From contig PLLV01000135.1 of NCBI GenBank assembly GCA_003142295.1, forward strand, positions 3,795 to 67,794: a stretch of 64,000 bases of DNA. The letters are read 5' to 3'. The notes under the pieces were generated by a model that saw only the letters and a program-made list of their open reading frames with translations, did not search any database and was not told the DNA's origin. This document shows positions 8,874 to 17,891 of this stretch, in pieces; position 1 is the stretch's first letter; each line of letters opens with the position of its first letter. The stretch comes from Syntrophaceae bacterium. Lineage in GTDB: Bacteria > Desulfobacterota > Syntrophia > Syntrophales > UBA2185. Both the position numbers and the translations under genes were made by a program.

Positions 8874-11180
8874 TTATTTCTCATTACCGATTATCTGGAA
8901 TGCCGCCCAGTAAAACGGGTGGGCGTATCTGCTTTTGATTTGAAGTTGAGCCTGTATCAGGGCCTCCCGCTTGTCATATCTGGACAGGTTGTCATAGAAC
9001 TGGCGCATGAGGTCGGATGTCGCCTGATCATCAACTTTCCATAAGGTGGCCACAACTGCCGTGCTTCCGGCGTAAAGAAACCCACGCGTCAAGCCCACAA
9101 CATCATCGCCATTGGAAATCTTGCCCAGTCCCGTTTCGCACGCGCTCAAAGTCACAAGATCGGCGTCAATTCTTATGGAATAGAGTTTATCCGTCGTCAA
9201 TACTCCGTTGTTTTCACTATCCCCGGAAAGTAGAATGGCTGATTTCAGTGAATCATCAGGATCGAATTTTCCGTGTGTGGCGAAATGAATATAATTGAAG
9301 TCTTTGCCATATTTTCTGAAGGCTGTTTCTGTTGCCTGCTGGCGTAAAAAAAGTCTGGATTTAGCCACACTCTTTGCTACTTCAATAGCCTCGTTTTGAG
9401 CATATTTAAGGTCATAATCAGGATTGCCGAGATCGGGATTGCCAAAAACAAGGATTGAAGAATGTTTTGGAGTCTTGGAGAGACGGAGATATTTAATGAT
9501 ACTGCTACTTGGCAACAGGCGGATGTTATGACGCTCAATGAGATAACCTTTTCCGTCGCTGAGAACATTGAAAGGAAGATAATGCAATGCGCCGTGGGGC
9601 ACTATAATCAGGTTGCGATCTTTGAGACTTCCTTCAATCGGTTTTATCAGTTTCGCGTATAAACGCCGGCTTAACTCAAGATAACCTTCCGAACCGGGCC
9701 TCTGCAAAGACGCTCGCAATTCGCTGATTTCGAGCCCCAGATTTTCGCTGCTCGACCTGAAAGCTGTGAGAAGATTACGTGAGAGCACAAAAATGAATAA
9801 ATCTTTTCCTTCATAATAATACTCAACAAGAGTCTCGTTGCTGGGTATTGCAGACCGGATATCGACGGAGGAAAAGGAGCGCACACTAACAAGAGAAGCC
9901 AACTCGGGCGATTGTTCTATCAGTTTATCTCTATTTTTTATCTCGATGCTCCTGAGCTTAGATTTATCTATTGACTCATCACGCACCCGCAATTCCGCTT
10001 CCGTTTTGACACCATCATCCAGAAGCGCCTGCACCGCCTTTGTATCGCCGTCCTTTATCGCAAAGTCCTTTTTGGAAGCCAGCATGTCTACCAGCGCCCG
10101 TGCTTTTGACCGCTCCACATACTCGAAAGCAGGCTCGAACTGGCCCTCCGCGCAAAGACAATGCACAAGCCGGAAGTAAACACCCTGCTTATCCCCCACA
10201 AAGCCTATTTTACTCGCCTCGGTATTGATGCTCGCCCGTTCTTGTTCGATAATATCCACAGCCTTGCGGTAGAACATGACGGCGTTCTTCAGATTTCCTT
10301 CTTTTTCTTCAATCCTGCCCCGGTCAAAAAGAATCATCCAGTAGATTTCGCCGTTGTCTTTGGTCTGCGGCAATTGCAAAAGGGCATCATATCCCGACTT
10401 TGCCTCATTGACTTGGCCTGTTTCCATGAGGCATTTGTTCAGCATGAAATCTTTGGGGAGTTTCTGAAACGTATGCAGCGCTTTGCTTTCCCGCCTGATG
10501 GCATTTAGTGCTCGTGGATAATCTTTCAAGCCCAGGTAAATCCTGGCCAGGGCCACATCCCTGTCGATTGTCAGATAGGGATGTGTCAAGTCGCCTTTGT
10601 CCATCCGCTGGGCTGCCTGTAGAGCCTTTTCCCTATCCCCGTTCAGGGCATAAGCAAGCCCCATCACACCAAGTACGCGGATCTGGGTCGTTTTTTCCAT
10701 GTTGCTCAAGGGAACCATGACATATGCCTTCTTGGCCTCTTCAATTGCCCTGGCATATTGTCCAAGCTCTAAATAAGCCTGCGCTCGCAGTAAAAAGGGC
10801 CAGGAGCTTATCTCCCAGAACACAAGGGCCATCCGGGCATACATCTCCCGCGGCGCAGTGCCATGTAACGGATCTCTCCCGACCGTTTTATCCAGATCGA
10901 TTCCGTGTTTGTCTCCGCTACGGATATTCGCTTCAAGACGATCACAGCATTCAAAAAGCTTGTCGTAACGTTTTAACGCTGAATATGCATCGCACAGCGG
11001 CCGCAATTGGGCCGAATTGGCAATACCCGTCTCCCTGATTTCCGACTCGACCAGTTTCGCGACTTCTCCATAGTTGGCAGAATATACGAGACTTTCACGC
11101 TCAGCAACCGTGGCACATCCAGTCAATAGGATAAGGATAAGCATTACTGGCAATGTGGAATATTTCATTCCGGGCCTCAA
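8874..11180 (-). CDS. TPR-repeat CHAT-domain protease, predicted lipoprotein
   Basis: Lipobox LLTGC follows a signal peptide (an alternative start MKYSTL lies at 11168). TPR-like helical repeats fill the middle. The C-terminal CHAT His/Cys context reads HFATHGKF ... LVTLSACETGLG ... GFLYAGSTAVVATLW. Confidence 0.8.
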   Translation of the reverse strand: MRPGMKYSTLPVMLILILLTGCATVAERESLVYSANYGEVAKLVESEIRETGIANSAQLRPLCDAYSALKRYDKLFECCDRLEANIRSGDKHGIDLDKTVGRDPLHGTAPREMYARMALVFWEISSWPFLLRAQAYLELGQYARAIEEAKKAYVMVPLSNMEKTTQIRVLGVMGLAYALNGDREKALQAAQRMDKGDLTHPYLTIDRDVALARIYLGLKDYPRALNAIRRESKALHTFQKLPKDFMLNKCLMETGQVNEAKSGYDALLQLPQTKDNGEIYWMILFDRGRIEEKEGNLKNAVMFYRKAVDIIEQERASINTEASKIGFVGDKQGVYFRLVHCLCAEGQFEPAFEYVERSKARALVDMLASKKDFAIKDGDTKAVQALLDDGVKTEAELRVRDESIDKSKLRSIEIKNRDKLIEQSPELASLVSVRSFSSVDIRSAIPSNETLVEYYYEGKDLFIFVLSRNLLTAFRSSSENLGLEISELRASLQRPGSEGYLELSRRLYAKLIKPIEGSLKDRNLIIVPHGALHYLPFNVLSDGKGYLIERHNIRLLPSSSIIKYLRLSKTPKHSSILVFGNPDLGNPDYDLKYAQNEAIEVAKSVAKSRLFLRQQATETAFRKYGKDFNYIHFATHGKFDPDDSLKSAILLSGDSENNGVLTTDKLYSIRIDADLVTLSACETGLGKISNGDDVVGLTRGFLYAGSTAVVATLWKVDDQATSDLMRQFYDNLSRYDKREALIQAQLQIKSRYAHPFYWAAFQIIGNEK

Positions 11181-11200
11181 ATCATCGTATACCGTGGATG

Positions 11201-11818
11201 TTATCTGCCCTTGATATTTAGGCCAGTCGACATTTTTTGGATCTGAGGTACGGCCAGTAATTCCTTTGTCCAGTCACCGACAAGGGTAGCCATCGCAGAC
11301 GGTATAACTTTTTCGTATCTGTAACGCAACTCAATCGGGGATTCAACCTTGCGCGACGTCAGGTTGCTCCGCCATATTTCGGCACCATTTGTATCCAAAG
11401 CCCGAAAGGTTCCATTGAGGATGAAATATCCAACAGGGTCTGGCCTACAGCCAAGTTTGTATGCAAGCTCAGTAAATTCAGCCTGAATAATTAAATCATT
11501 GCCTTCTGCGACCGGACGCTTGACCGGCGTCACCTGTTTGAAAACCTGGCTCAATGTGCCCTGAACGGCTTCCGCAAAAATCTCTCCATATCTACTCGGC
11601 GCCAATCCCCTGGCGGCAAAGCCGCATCCGTCTTTAAGACGGGTTCCTTCCGTATAATTCCGCGTGGACTCAGGTATGTATAGGGCTACTCTTAAGGGCG
11701 ACTTGTCTAAAATCATGGTGTCGGGCAACTCGGTTTGGAGTTGGACATCGTGCCTTACGCAACCACAAAAAACAGCACTGATCATGAAAACAAATGCTAA
11801 AAAAAGTATCTTTTTCAT
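11201..11818 (-). CDS. Hypothetical lipoprotein (205 aa), likely co-transcribed with the CHAT gene
   Basis: MKKILFLAFVFMISAVFCGC signal/lipobox with GGAGG 7 nt upstream of the ATG at 11818. There is a 20-nt gap to the CHAT gene. Confidence 0.6.
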   Translation of the reverse strand: MKKILFLAFVFMISAVFCGCVRHDVQLQTELPDTMILDKSPLRVALYIPESTRNYTEGTRLKDGCGFAARGLAPSRYGEIFAEAVQGTLSQVFKQVTPVKRPVAEGNDLIIQAEFTELAYKLGCRPDPVGYFILNGTFRALDTNGAEIWRSNLTSRKVESPIELRYRYEKVIPSAMATLVGDWTKELLAVPQIQKMSTGLNIKGR

Positions 11819-12126
11819 ATGCTCCTCCTTTATTTGCATGATTGTATTCTTATGCCTTCCCTCGAAACCCAAACCTCGAAGGACTCAAAATCCAGATTCG
11901 AATGATGCCTTGTTTCCGAACTTTTTTATCATCCTTCGAGCCGAGTAAAAAGTCAAGGGCTGCGTTATTGATTATGATTTAAAAGTGAGTACGTCGTTAA
12001 AAATTATCAGGTACTCACTTTCAGGAAGAACGCAATGAGTCCATTTTCTCATAAGTAGGACATTATTCTAGGCGGTCAAAGCGTGCAAATCCATCAGCGG
12101 GTCAACGTCCTATCAAGTCTCAACGT

Positions 12127-13524
12127 TCACATCGGTCCTCTGTACCTGAATGCTCTTCTGAATCCTTGCTCTTCTGCCTCTTTTACAGTTGCGCAGTAAA
12201 ATTCGCCACGCTTGCTATCAATTGTTGTGCGGTCATATTGCTGGTCGAACGGCAGGTGGTAAATCTTGGTGCCGTCCTTCCAAGAGACGTTACATTTGAT
12301 GCAGGGGTAGTTCTGATCCAATTTGAAGTTCTCGTACAGTTCTATTTCTAATTGACTGGAGAATCGTCTAGCCAAGTCGGACAACTCTGTCGCGGTGTAG
12401 AAGAGCGCCCTGACCGTATGGTGGGGATTGGCATCGCGATATTGAAAAACTGTTCCGAAGAACTGGAAAATATGCTTTTCGTAAATGGTACGGAATTGTG
12501 ACCAGTTCTTGCACTGGATAATGAGAAACTCACCATCTTTCTTGCAGATCAAATCACGACCCAAGTCCTCAAATCCTTTGAAGATGCCAACGTATTCGAC
12601 ATCATACCCATCTCTTTCGTAAAGGTATCCGACATACCGCTCGTAGATGCGGCCTATCAACCACTTTGACTTCGACCTATTCCAAAAGCGATTCATAGCG
12701 AGTTGGTTTCGCTCAGCCGTAGACAGTTTACGATATTCTTCTTTGGTCAGGAATCCGGTAACGGCATCTTCGATTTCCTCCTCAGAATATTCATCTAAGA
12801 GGTTACGCCCCTGCTTCTCCGCATCGTCCACTTCTTCTTTTAAATCCACTAGGAACGGGGCGATATACTCGTAGTATTCAATCAAGTATTCGGCTCTTTT
12901 TGCTCTCCGTTCTGCGTCTCTCCTCAATTTCGAGTATTGTTTTACAATTTCCGCCGCTTTGAAGGCAGGCTGTGCTTTCTTGTGGAGGTAGTTGATCAAG
13001 CCTTGCTCCTGCAACGCGAAATACTCGTCATACGCTTTTGCCAGCCACGGGAATCCCAGTTGCCTCTCCTTAGCCATCTGCAAGACTGCTTCTTTGTCCC
13101 TCTGTAGTTCACCAAGCGTTTGCCTCTCAAATGATTCAAAGCTCTGCCCATGGTCAGAACGCTTCAGGTAATTGATGGAGTGTTCAAGGCTAACTTTCTG
13201 CTCCTGAATCAGCAACAGAAGGTCTTCAAGCTCTTTTTTTTTGGTTTCGTAGTAACCCACGTTCAGATGTCCTTTATAATACAAATGGGCAATGAGGGGA
13301 TTGACTGCATCGGAGGAATTGTCCGCGATACCTGCTTCGTCTTGGTACAAGCACACATCCACAGAGCGGGCATGTGGTGTACCCCTGAGGAGCAAGGCGT
13401 CTTGCAAGGGACAGAATGTTCTTACGCTCTCTATCTGTGTCAAAATCATCAAGCACTTCGTGGGCCGCGCGATCCCTAATACGTTGGAGGTACCGATTGA
13501 TGTGCCCTGCGACATAAATGACAC
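12127..13524 (-). CDS. Mrr-type (Mrr_cat) restriction endonuclease-fold protein with a long coiled-coil region; the 5' limit is uncertain
   Basis: GRIYERYVGYLYERDGYDVEY...GRDLICKKDGEFLIIQCKNW matches the Mrr_cat D-(x)n-QxK core. The C-terminal KIYHLPFDQQYDRTTI...GEFYCATVKEAEEQGFRRA resembles the HxPGxxYY-type tail of nuclease-associated proteins. The first roughly 70 codons of the ORF overlap the zinc-ribbon ORF and look non-coding. Confidence 0.7.
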   Translation of the reverse strand: MSFMSQGTSIGTSNVLGIARPTKCLMILTQIESVRTFCPLQDALLLRGTPHARSVDVCLYQDEAGIADNSSDAVNPLIAHLYYKGHLNVGYYETKKKELEDLLLLIQEQKVSLEHSINYLKRSDHGQSFESFERQTLGELQRDKEAVLQMAKERQLGFPWLAKAYDEYFALQEQGLINYLHKKAQPAFKAAEIVKQYSKLRRDAERRAKRAEYLIEYYEYIAPFLVDLKEEVDDAEKQGRNLLDEYSEEEIEDAVTGFLTKEEYRKLSTAERNQLAMNRFWNRSKSKWLIGRIYERYVGYLYERDGYDVEYVGIFKGFEDLGRDLICKKDGEFLIIQCKNWSQFRTIYEKHIFQFFGTVFQYRDANPHHTVRALFYTATELSDLARRFSSQLEIELYENFKLDQNYPCIKCNVSWKDGTKIYHLPFDQQYDRTTIDSKRGEFYCATVKEAEEQGFRRAFRYRGPM

Positions 13525-13558
13525 AGAAGAGAACGACGGCTATCCATACGATTCTCAC
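13274..13558 (-). CDS. Small membrane-anchored protein with a topoisomerase-type C4 zinc ribbon (possibly the detached N-terminus of the Mrr-type gene)
   Basis: 94 aa with an N-terminal TM helix (IVWIAVVLFCVIYVAG), then CPLCGCVLVPRRSRYRGQFLRCSQSPHC. It overlaps the next ORF by 251 nt in another frame. Confidence 0.5.
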   Translation of the reverse strand: MRIVWIAVVLFCVIYVAGHINRYLQRIRDRAAHEVLDDFDTDRERKNILSLARRLAPQGYTTCPLCGCVLVPRRSRYRGQFLRCSQSPHCPFVL

Positions 13559-13591
13559 TGATCGTCACCTTGCGGGATATACCCGCATTTG

Positions 13592-13741
13592 TTTGAGTCG
13601 AGGATGCCAGTATCTCTCGATACTATAGTTTGACGTTGATTTGTATTGTCCATAACATAATTATCGAGGAAATAAAATCAATGATAACGGATTGTAATCC
13701 CGTATCCTCGTCGAGGAGGACTATTTGTGGCCAACAGGAAG
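13592..13741 (-). promoter_or_regulatory. Copy A of the recurrent promoter/leader cassette (upstream of the zinc-ribbon/Mrr locus)
   Basis: Minus-strand reading: CTTCCTGTTGGCCACAAATAGTC..CTCGACGAGGAT, hairpin GGATT/AATCC, ATCATTGATT, TTGATT-16 nt-TATGTT. The leader TTTGAGTCGAG..GATACTATAG at 13592-13628 is shared with copy E. Confidence 0.55.
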
Positions 13742-13842
13742 AAATAATCCGCATTTTTTATTTTCTTTTCGAACTCTATAATTCAAGATAATTGCCGCAT
13801 TTTTCATCCTTATCATTGTGCTATTCAGGTATTGGTAAGAGG

Positions 13843-14220
13843 ACTGGTTTCCCGATCAGGTCGGGAATGACGGCGGGAAGGTTTACGTCTTAAAAAGAGA
13901 CTGGATTCCCGCTTGCGCGGGAATGACAGTGAAGACACGGGAATGATAAAATCGAGGAAAGCAGCGCAGTGTACACAACACCTTGCGTCAGTTTTTTCTT
14001 GATAAGATTTCTCCCTTCGGTCGAAATGACATGGGGGGATTGTCGAAATGATAAGGAGGGGTGATTCAACTGACAATGGTGAATGTGTGTTGTTGAAAAT
14101 AGAGACTGGCTTCCCGATCAGAGCCCGGAATGACAGAAAATTAAGTCTGATACGGTAAAGATCAAAAACTGGATTCCCGCCTGCGCGGGAATGACATTAG
14201 AGATAAGGGAATGAAAGAGG
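13843..14220. repeat. Array of about 8 REP units (families 1 and 2, mixed orientation)
   Basis: ggtttcccgatcaggtcgggaatgac, ggattcccgcttgcgcgggaatgac, ttctcccttcggtcgaaatgac, gtcgaaatgat, ggcttcccgatcagagcccggaatgac, ggattcccgcctgcgcgggaatgac. Confidence 0.8.
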
Positions 14221-14239
14221 AGAGGGGGAAATGGAGAAG

Positions 14240-14971
14240 TTATGTATCAACACCGAGGTAGGCTTCACGGACGCGCGGGTCGCCGAGGAGTTCCTTGCCC
14301 GTCCCGGAAAGGATGATTCTTCCCGTTTCGAGCACGTAGGCGCGCGACGCGACGGACAGCGCCATGTGGGCGTTCTGTTCGACAAGGAGGATCGTGGTGC
14401 CCGCCCTATTGATATCGCAGAGCACCTGGAAGATGTCGCGCACCAGCACCGGCGCGAGCCCCATGGAAGGTTCGTCCAGAAGCATCATGCTGCTCCTGCT
14501 CATGAGCGCCCGTGCTACGGCCAGCATCTGCTGTTCTCCGCCCGAAAGCGTGCCGCCGAGCTGATCCTTTCTCTTCTGAAGCTGTGGGAAGATGCCGAAG
14601 GCCCGCTCATAATCCCCTGCGATCTCTCCCTTGTCTTTTCTCTGCCAGGTGGCGAGTTTGAGGTTTTCCATGACCGTCAGGTTTCCGAAGATGCCGCGTC
14701 CTTCCGGCACCTGCGCCATGCCCATGGCGACTATCCGGTGGGCGGCGACGCCGCGCATGTCCTGCTGCCTGTATGTTATCCGGCCGCTGTAAGGCACTAT
14801 GCCGGATATGGCGCGGAGTGTGGACGACTTGCCTGCACCGTTGGCGCCTATCAAGGTGACGATCTCGCCCTCGTTAACCTCCAGGGAAATATTATCCACG
14901 GCCTTTATGTTGCCGTAGGCGATAGTGAGATTCTCAATTGAGAGTATAATTCCGTTGGCGCCCATCAGCAC
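14240..14971 (-). CDS. livF: Branched-chain amino acid ABC transporter ATP-binding protein LivF
   Basis: 243 aa with Walker A GANGAGKS, signature LSGGEQQML and Walker B MMLLDEPS. It is the last gene of the liv-type operon and overlaps the livG stop. Confidence 0.9.
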   Translation of the reverse strand: MLMGANGIILSIENLTIAYGNIKAVDNISLEVNEGEIVTLIGANGAGKSSTLRAISGIVPYSGRITYRQQDMRGVAAHRIVAMGMAQVPEGRGIFGNLTVMENLKLATWQRKDKGEIAGDYERAFGIFPQLQKRKDQLGGTLSGGEQQMLAVARALMSRSSMMLLDEPSMGLAPVLVRDIFQVLCDINRAGTTILLVEQNAHMALSVASRAYVLETGRIILSGTGKELLGDPRVREAYLGVDT

Positions 14972-15732
14972 TGCACCTCGCCAAGGTATACCTCCAGAAC
15001 GCGCGGGTTATTCTGTATTTCCCGCGGCTGTCCCTCGGCAATCGTCTCACCGAAATCGAGGACCAGAAGCCTTTCGCAGATATTCATTACCAGGTGCATC
15101 TGATGCTCAATGAGGAGAATGGTCAGGTCGAACTCTTTCCTGATCCATTTGATAAATTCCATAAGCTGAGTAACCTCATTGGGATTCATGCCGGCGGCAG
15201 GTTCATCCAAGAGAAGCAGCTTCGGCCTTGTTGCCAAGGCTCTGGCAATTTCCAGTCTTCTCTGCAAACCGTAGGGGAGGTTTTTCGAGACTTCATCGGC
15301 GTACGCATCCAGTTTCAAGAAGGCAAGGAGATCCATGGAATGCCCGATGATCTCTTCCTCTTCTTTTTGGAAGCGGCCCACGTGGAGTAAGGCTTCGACG
15401 GGGCTGTACCTCACCCGCGCATAATGGGCGATGCGGACATTATCAAGCACCGAGAGTTCCTTGAAGAGGCGGATGTTCTGGAACGTGCGTGCGATGCCAA
15501 GGGCAGTGATCGTGCTCGGCGTCTTGCCGACGATCTCCGTACCTTCAAATGATATGCTCCCGTGCGTCGCTTTGTAGACGCCGGTAATCAGGTTGAAGAT
15601 TGTTGTCTTCCCTGCGCCGTTAGGGCCGATGATACCCACGAGTTCGTACGGCTCAAGGTTCAGGTTAAATTCGGAAACCGCGGCCAGTCCGTCAAAATAG
15701 TGCGTAACTTTCTCTGCTTTCAAGACGGACAT
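14965..15732 (-). CDS. livG: Branched-chain amino acid ABC transporter ATP-binding protein LivG
   Basis: 255 aa with GPNGAGKTT, LPYGLQRRLEIARAL and LLLLDEPAAG, plus the LivG-type C-terminal extension. Confidence 0.9.
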   Translation of the reverse strand: MSVLKAEKVTHYFDGLAAVSEFNLNLEPYELVGIIGPNGAGKTTIFNLITGVYKATHGSISFEGTEIVGKTPSTITALGIARTFQNIRLFKELSVLDNVRIAHYARVRYSPVEALLHVGRFQKEEEEIIGHSMDLLAFLKLDAYADEVSKNLPYGLQRRLEIARALATRPKLLLLDEPAAGMNPNEVTQLMEFIKWIRKEFDLTILLIEHQMHLVMNICERLLVLDFGETIAEGQPREIQNNPRVLEVYLGEVQC

Positions 15733-16751
15733 CAGGTACCTGCCTTCTTTTCACGCCAGAGCCTGCTTGCGAGCATGTCGCGCACAGGCACAAACCAGCG
15801 AAATTCCCGGAGTCCCATAATGCCTTTGGGCCGGTAGATCATCAGCAATACCAGTACGAGGGGCATGAAGACCATGCGCCAGATTCCCATGGGACGCAAG
15901 ACCTCTAATAATACCGTGTATACCGTAGCCCCGATGACGGAGCCGGCAATGGAGCCTATGCCTCCGAGATACACCATTATCAGAATGTCCGTTGATTTAA
16001 TTATATCAAAGGCGCGGGGGTTGATGAACTGCAGCAGGTGCGCAAAGAGTCCGCCTGCAATTCCAGCAAAGAAAGAAGAAACTGTAAAGGCGAGGACCTT
16101 TACATGATTCGTATTTACGCTCATCAGGTCGCTTGCCACCTCATCCTCACGGATCGAAAGGACACCCCTGCCGAAATTTGAGTATATCAGATTGCGTATG
16201 ACCCACACGGAAAGGAGAACCCAGAAGAATACCCAGGGAAGGGTAGAGAGCTTCTCCATGCCGAGAAAACCGCGCGGCCCGCCCAGGGCATCGATATTTT
16301 CAATGACGGACTTGACGATCATGCCGAAGGCGAGTGTGACGATGGCAAGATAGTCGCCCCTTGTTTTGAAGGATGGAAATGCGACAACCAGGCCGACAAC
16401 GCCTGCGGCCGCTCCGCCCGCGATGACAGCCACGGGAAATAACCATGCTGCCATATGTGCGGGAAAAACCTTTACGGTAAGAAAGGAAGCGACATACGCG
16501 CCGATGGCCATGAATCCCGCATGCCCCACGGAAAACTCTCCCATGTAGCCGTTTATAAGGTTGAGGCTCAATGTCAGGATGATATTGATACCTACGTACA
16601 TGATGATAAGCTGAACATAAGGATCGAGAAGCTCGAACTGCTGAATGACAAGGGAGAGCGCAAAGACGGAGATCATAATGGCCGGCAACAGCCAGCGCTT
16701 CGTCTCCAGCTTCTCCATAAATTGTTTTATGCGTGATGTGTTTATCATCAT
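15732..16751 (-). CDS. livM: Branched-chain amino acid ABC transporter permease LivM
   Basis: 339 aa, polytopic, in the usual operon position between livH and livG. Confidence 0.85.
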   Translation of the reverse strand: MMINTSRIKQFMEKLETKRWLLPAIMISVFALSLVIQQFELLDPYVQLIIMYVGINIILTLSLNLINGYMGEFSVGHAGFMAIGAYVASFLTVKVFPAHMAAWLFPVAVIAGGAAAGVVGLVVAFPSFKTRGDYLAIVTLAFGMIVKSVIENIDALGGPRGFLGMEKLSTLPWVFFWVLLSVWVIRNLIYSNFGRGVLSIREDEVASDLMSVNTNHVKVLAFTVSSFFAGIAGGLFAHLLQFINPRAFDIIKSTDILIMVYLGGIGSIAGSVIGATVYTVLLEVLRPMGIWRMVFMPLVLVLLMIYRPKGIMGLREFRWFVPVRDMLASRLWREKKAGT

Positions 16752-16756
16752 CTCTT

Positions 16757-16846
16757 GCTCACCCCCTTTTTGAAAGGGGGTCGGGGGGATTTTCTTTCCA
16801 TTCCTGTTGAAAAATCCCTCTCAATCTCCCTTTGCAAAAGGGAGAA
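16757..16846. repeat. REP family 3 (CCCCCTTT-loop-AAAGGGGG / CTCCCTTT-loop-AAAGGGAG) inside the liv operon
   Basis: cacccccttttttgaaagggggt and tctccctttgcaaaagggaga lie in the 103-nt livH-livM spacer. Confidence 0.8.
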
Positions 16847-16854
16847 ACACGTTC

Positions 16855-17730
16855 TCACACCTTCTGTGGGTGCGGTTTTCCGAGTATGCCGTAAGGCCTG
16901 AATATCAGTAATACCAATAAGAGTACAAAGGCTATAAAATCGCGATACGTGGAAGGTAAGAAGGCAACCACCATGATTTCCACTGTGCCGAGAATGTAAC
17001 CGCCGATCATGGCGCCGCGTATATTGCCTATACCGCCTACCACGGCGGCGATGAATGCCTTCCATCCCACCATAATCCCCATGTAGGGATCGATTACCGG
17101 ATATGCAAGAGCGTACATCACGCCCGCAGCGCCGCCGAGACTTGTGCCGATGGCAAAGGTAATGGAAATGATCATGTTCACCGGTACACCCATAAGGGGG
17201 ACAACCGTCTTGTCCCAGGATATGGCACGCATTGCCATACCCACCATGGTCCGTCTGACGATTACATCCAGAATCCACATAAGGACCAGGGAAAGAATGA
17301 TGACAAATACCTGCAGAGATGAGACGGATAGACCGAAGAATGTCCATGTCGTGTTTTCCAGGAGTTGGGGAATCTGCTTCGGGTACGGGTTTAAGGCGAG
17401 GGTAAAATTCTCCAGAAATAGGCCGACGCCAAGGGCTGTGATGATAGCGGAGACGCGCGGCGCCTGACGGAGCGGCTTATAAGCGAACCGCTCGATCACC
17501 ACGCCGAGGAACGCCACGCCGATCATGGAGAAGACAAGTACGGGAACAAAAGGGAGATGAAGGGATACAGCGGCAAAGAAGCAGAGAAATGCGCCGACCA
17601 TAAAGAGATCGCCGTGGGCGAAGTTTATCATGGTAAGTATGCCGTACACCATGGTGTAGCCCAGGGCAATCAATGCATAGATGCTGCCGACCTGGAGCGC
17701 ATTCAGTAGCTGCTGAAGGACGTATGTCAT
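16855..17730 (-). CDS. livH: Branched-chain amino acid ABC transporter permease LivH
   Basis: 291 aa, starting MTYVLQQLLNALQVGSIYALIALGYTMVYG, a typical LivH N-terminus. Confidence 0.9.
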   Translation of the reverse strand: MTYVLQQLLNALQVGSIYALIALGYTMVYGILTMINFAHGDLFMVGAFLCFFAAVSLHLPFVPVLVFSMIGVAFLGVVIERFAYKPLRQAPRVSAIITALGVGLFLENFTLALNPYPKQIPQLLENTTWTFFGLSVSSLQVFVIILSLVLMWILDVIVRRTMVGMAMRAISWDKTVVPLMGVPVNMIISITFAIGTSLGGAAGVMYALAYPVIDPYMGIMVGWKAFIAAVVGGIGNIRGAMIGGYILGTVEIMVVAFLPSTYRDFIAFVLLLVLLIFRPYGILGKPHPQKV

Positions 17731-17772
17731 TTAATTAGTGATGAAATGGATTTTATCTCTTTCTCACCCCCT

Positions 17773-17836
17773 TTGAAAAAGGGGGATCTGTAAGGAGAAA
17801 ACTATCTCCCTTTACAAAAGGGAGACTTATTAAGCC
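17773..17836. repeat. REP family 3, two units
   Basis: caccccctttgaaaaaggggga and tctccctttacaaaagggaga lie between the substrate-binding gene and livH. Confidence 0.8.
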
Positions 17837-17891
17837 ATAGAATTCCTATGGGTTGAAGCGCCTGCCGGTACGAGAATTTTTTGCAGTATCA

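Noticed and set aside
11975-12030. Possible additional copy of the promoter cassette upstream of the lipoprotein/CHAT operon (ends in TTCAGGAAG and contains ATTATGAT).
   Set aside because: Only the CAGGAAG end matches. The TATGAT-like box is in the opposite orientation, and the hairpin (GTGAGTAC...GTACTCAC) is unrelated, so it was not counted as a family member.
13843-14220. Possible CRISPR array, because of regularly recurring units of about 25-30 nt.
   Set aside because: The units are individually palindromic, occur in both orientations, belong to two different families, have irregular spacing, and are dispersed elsewhere in the window. No cas genes are present. This is REP-like, not CRISPR.
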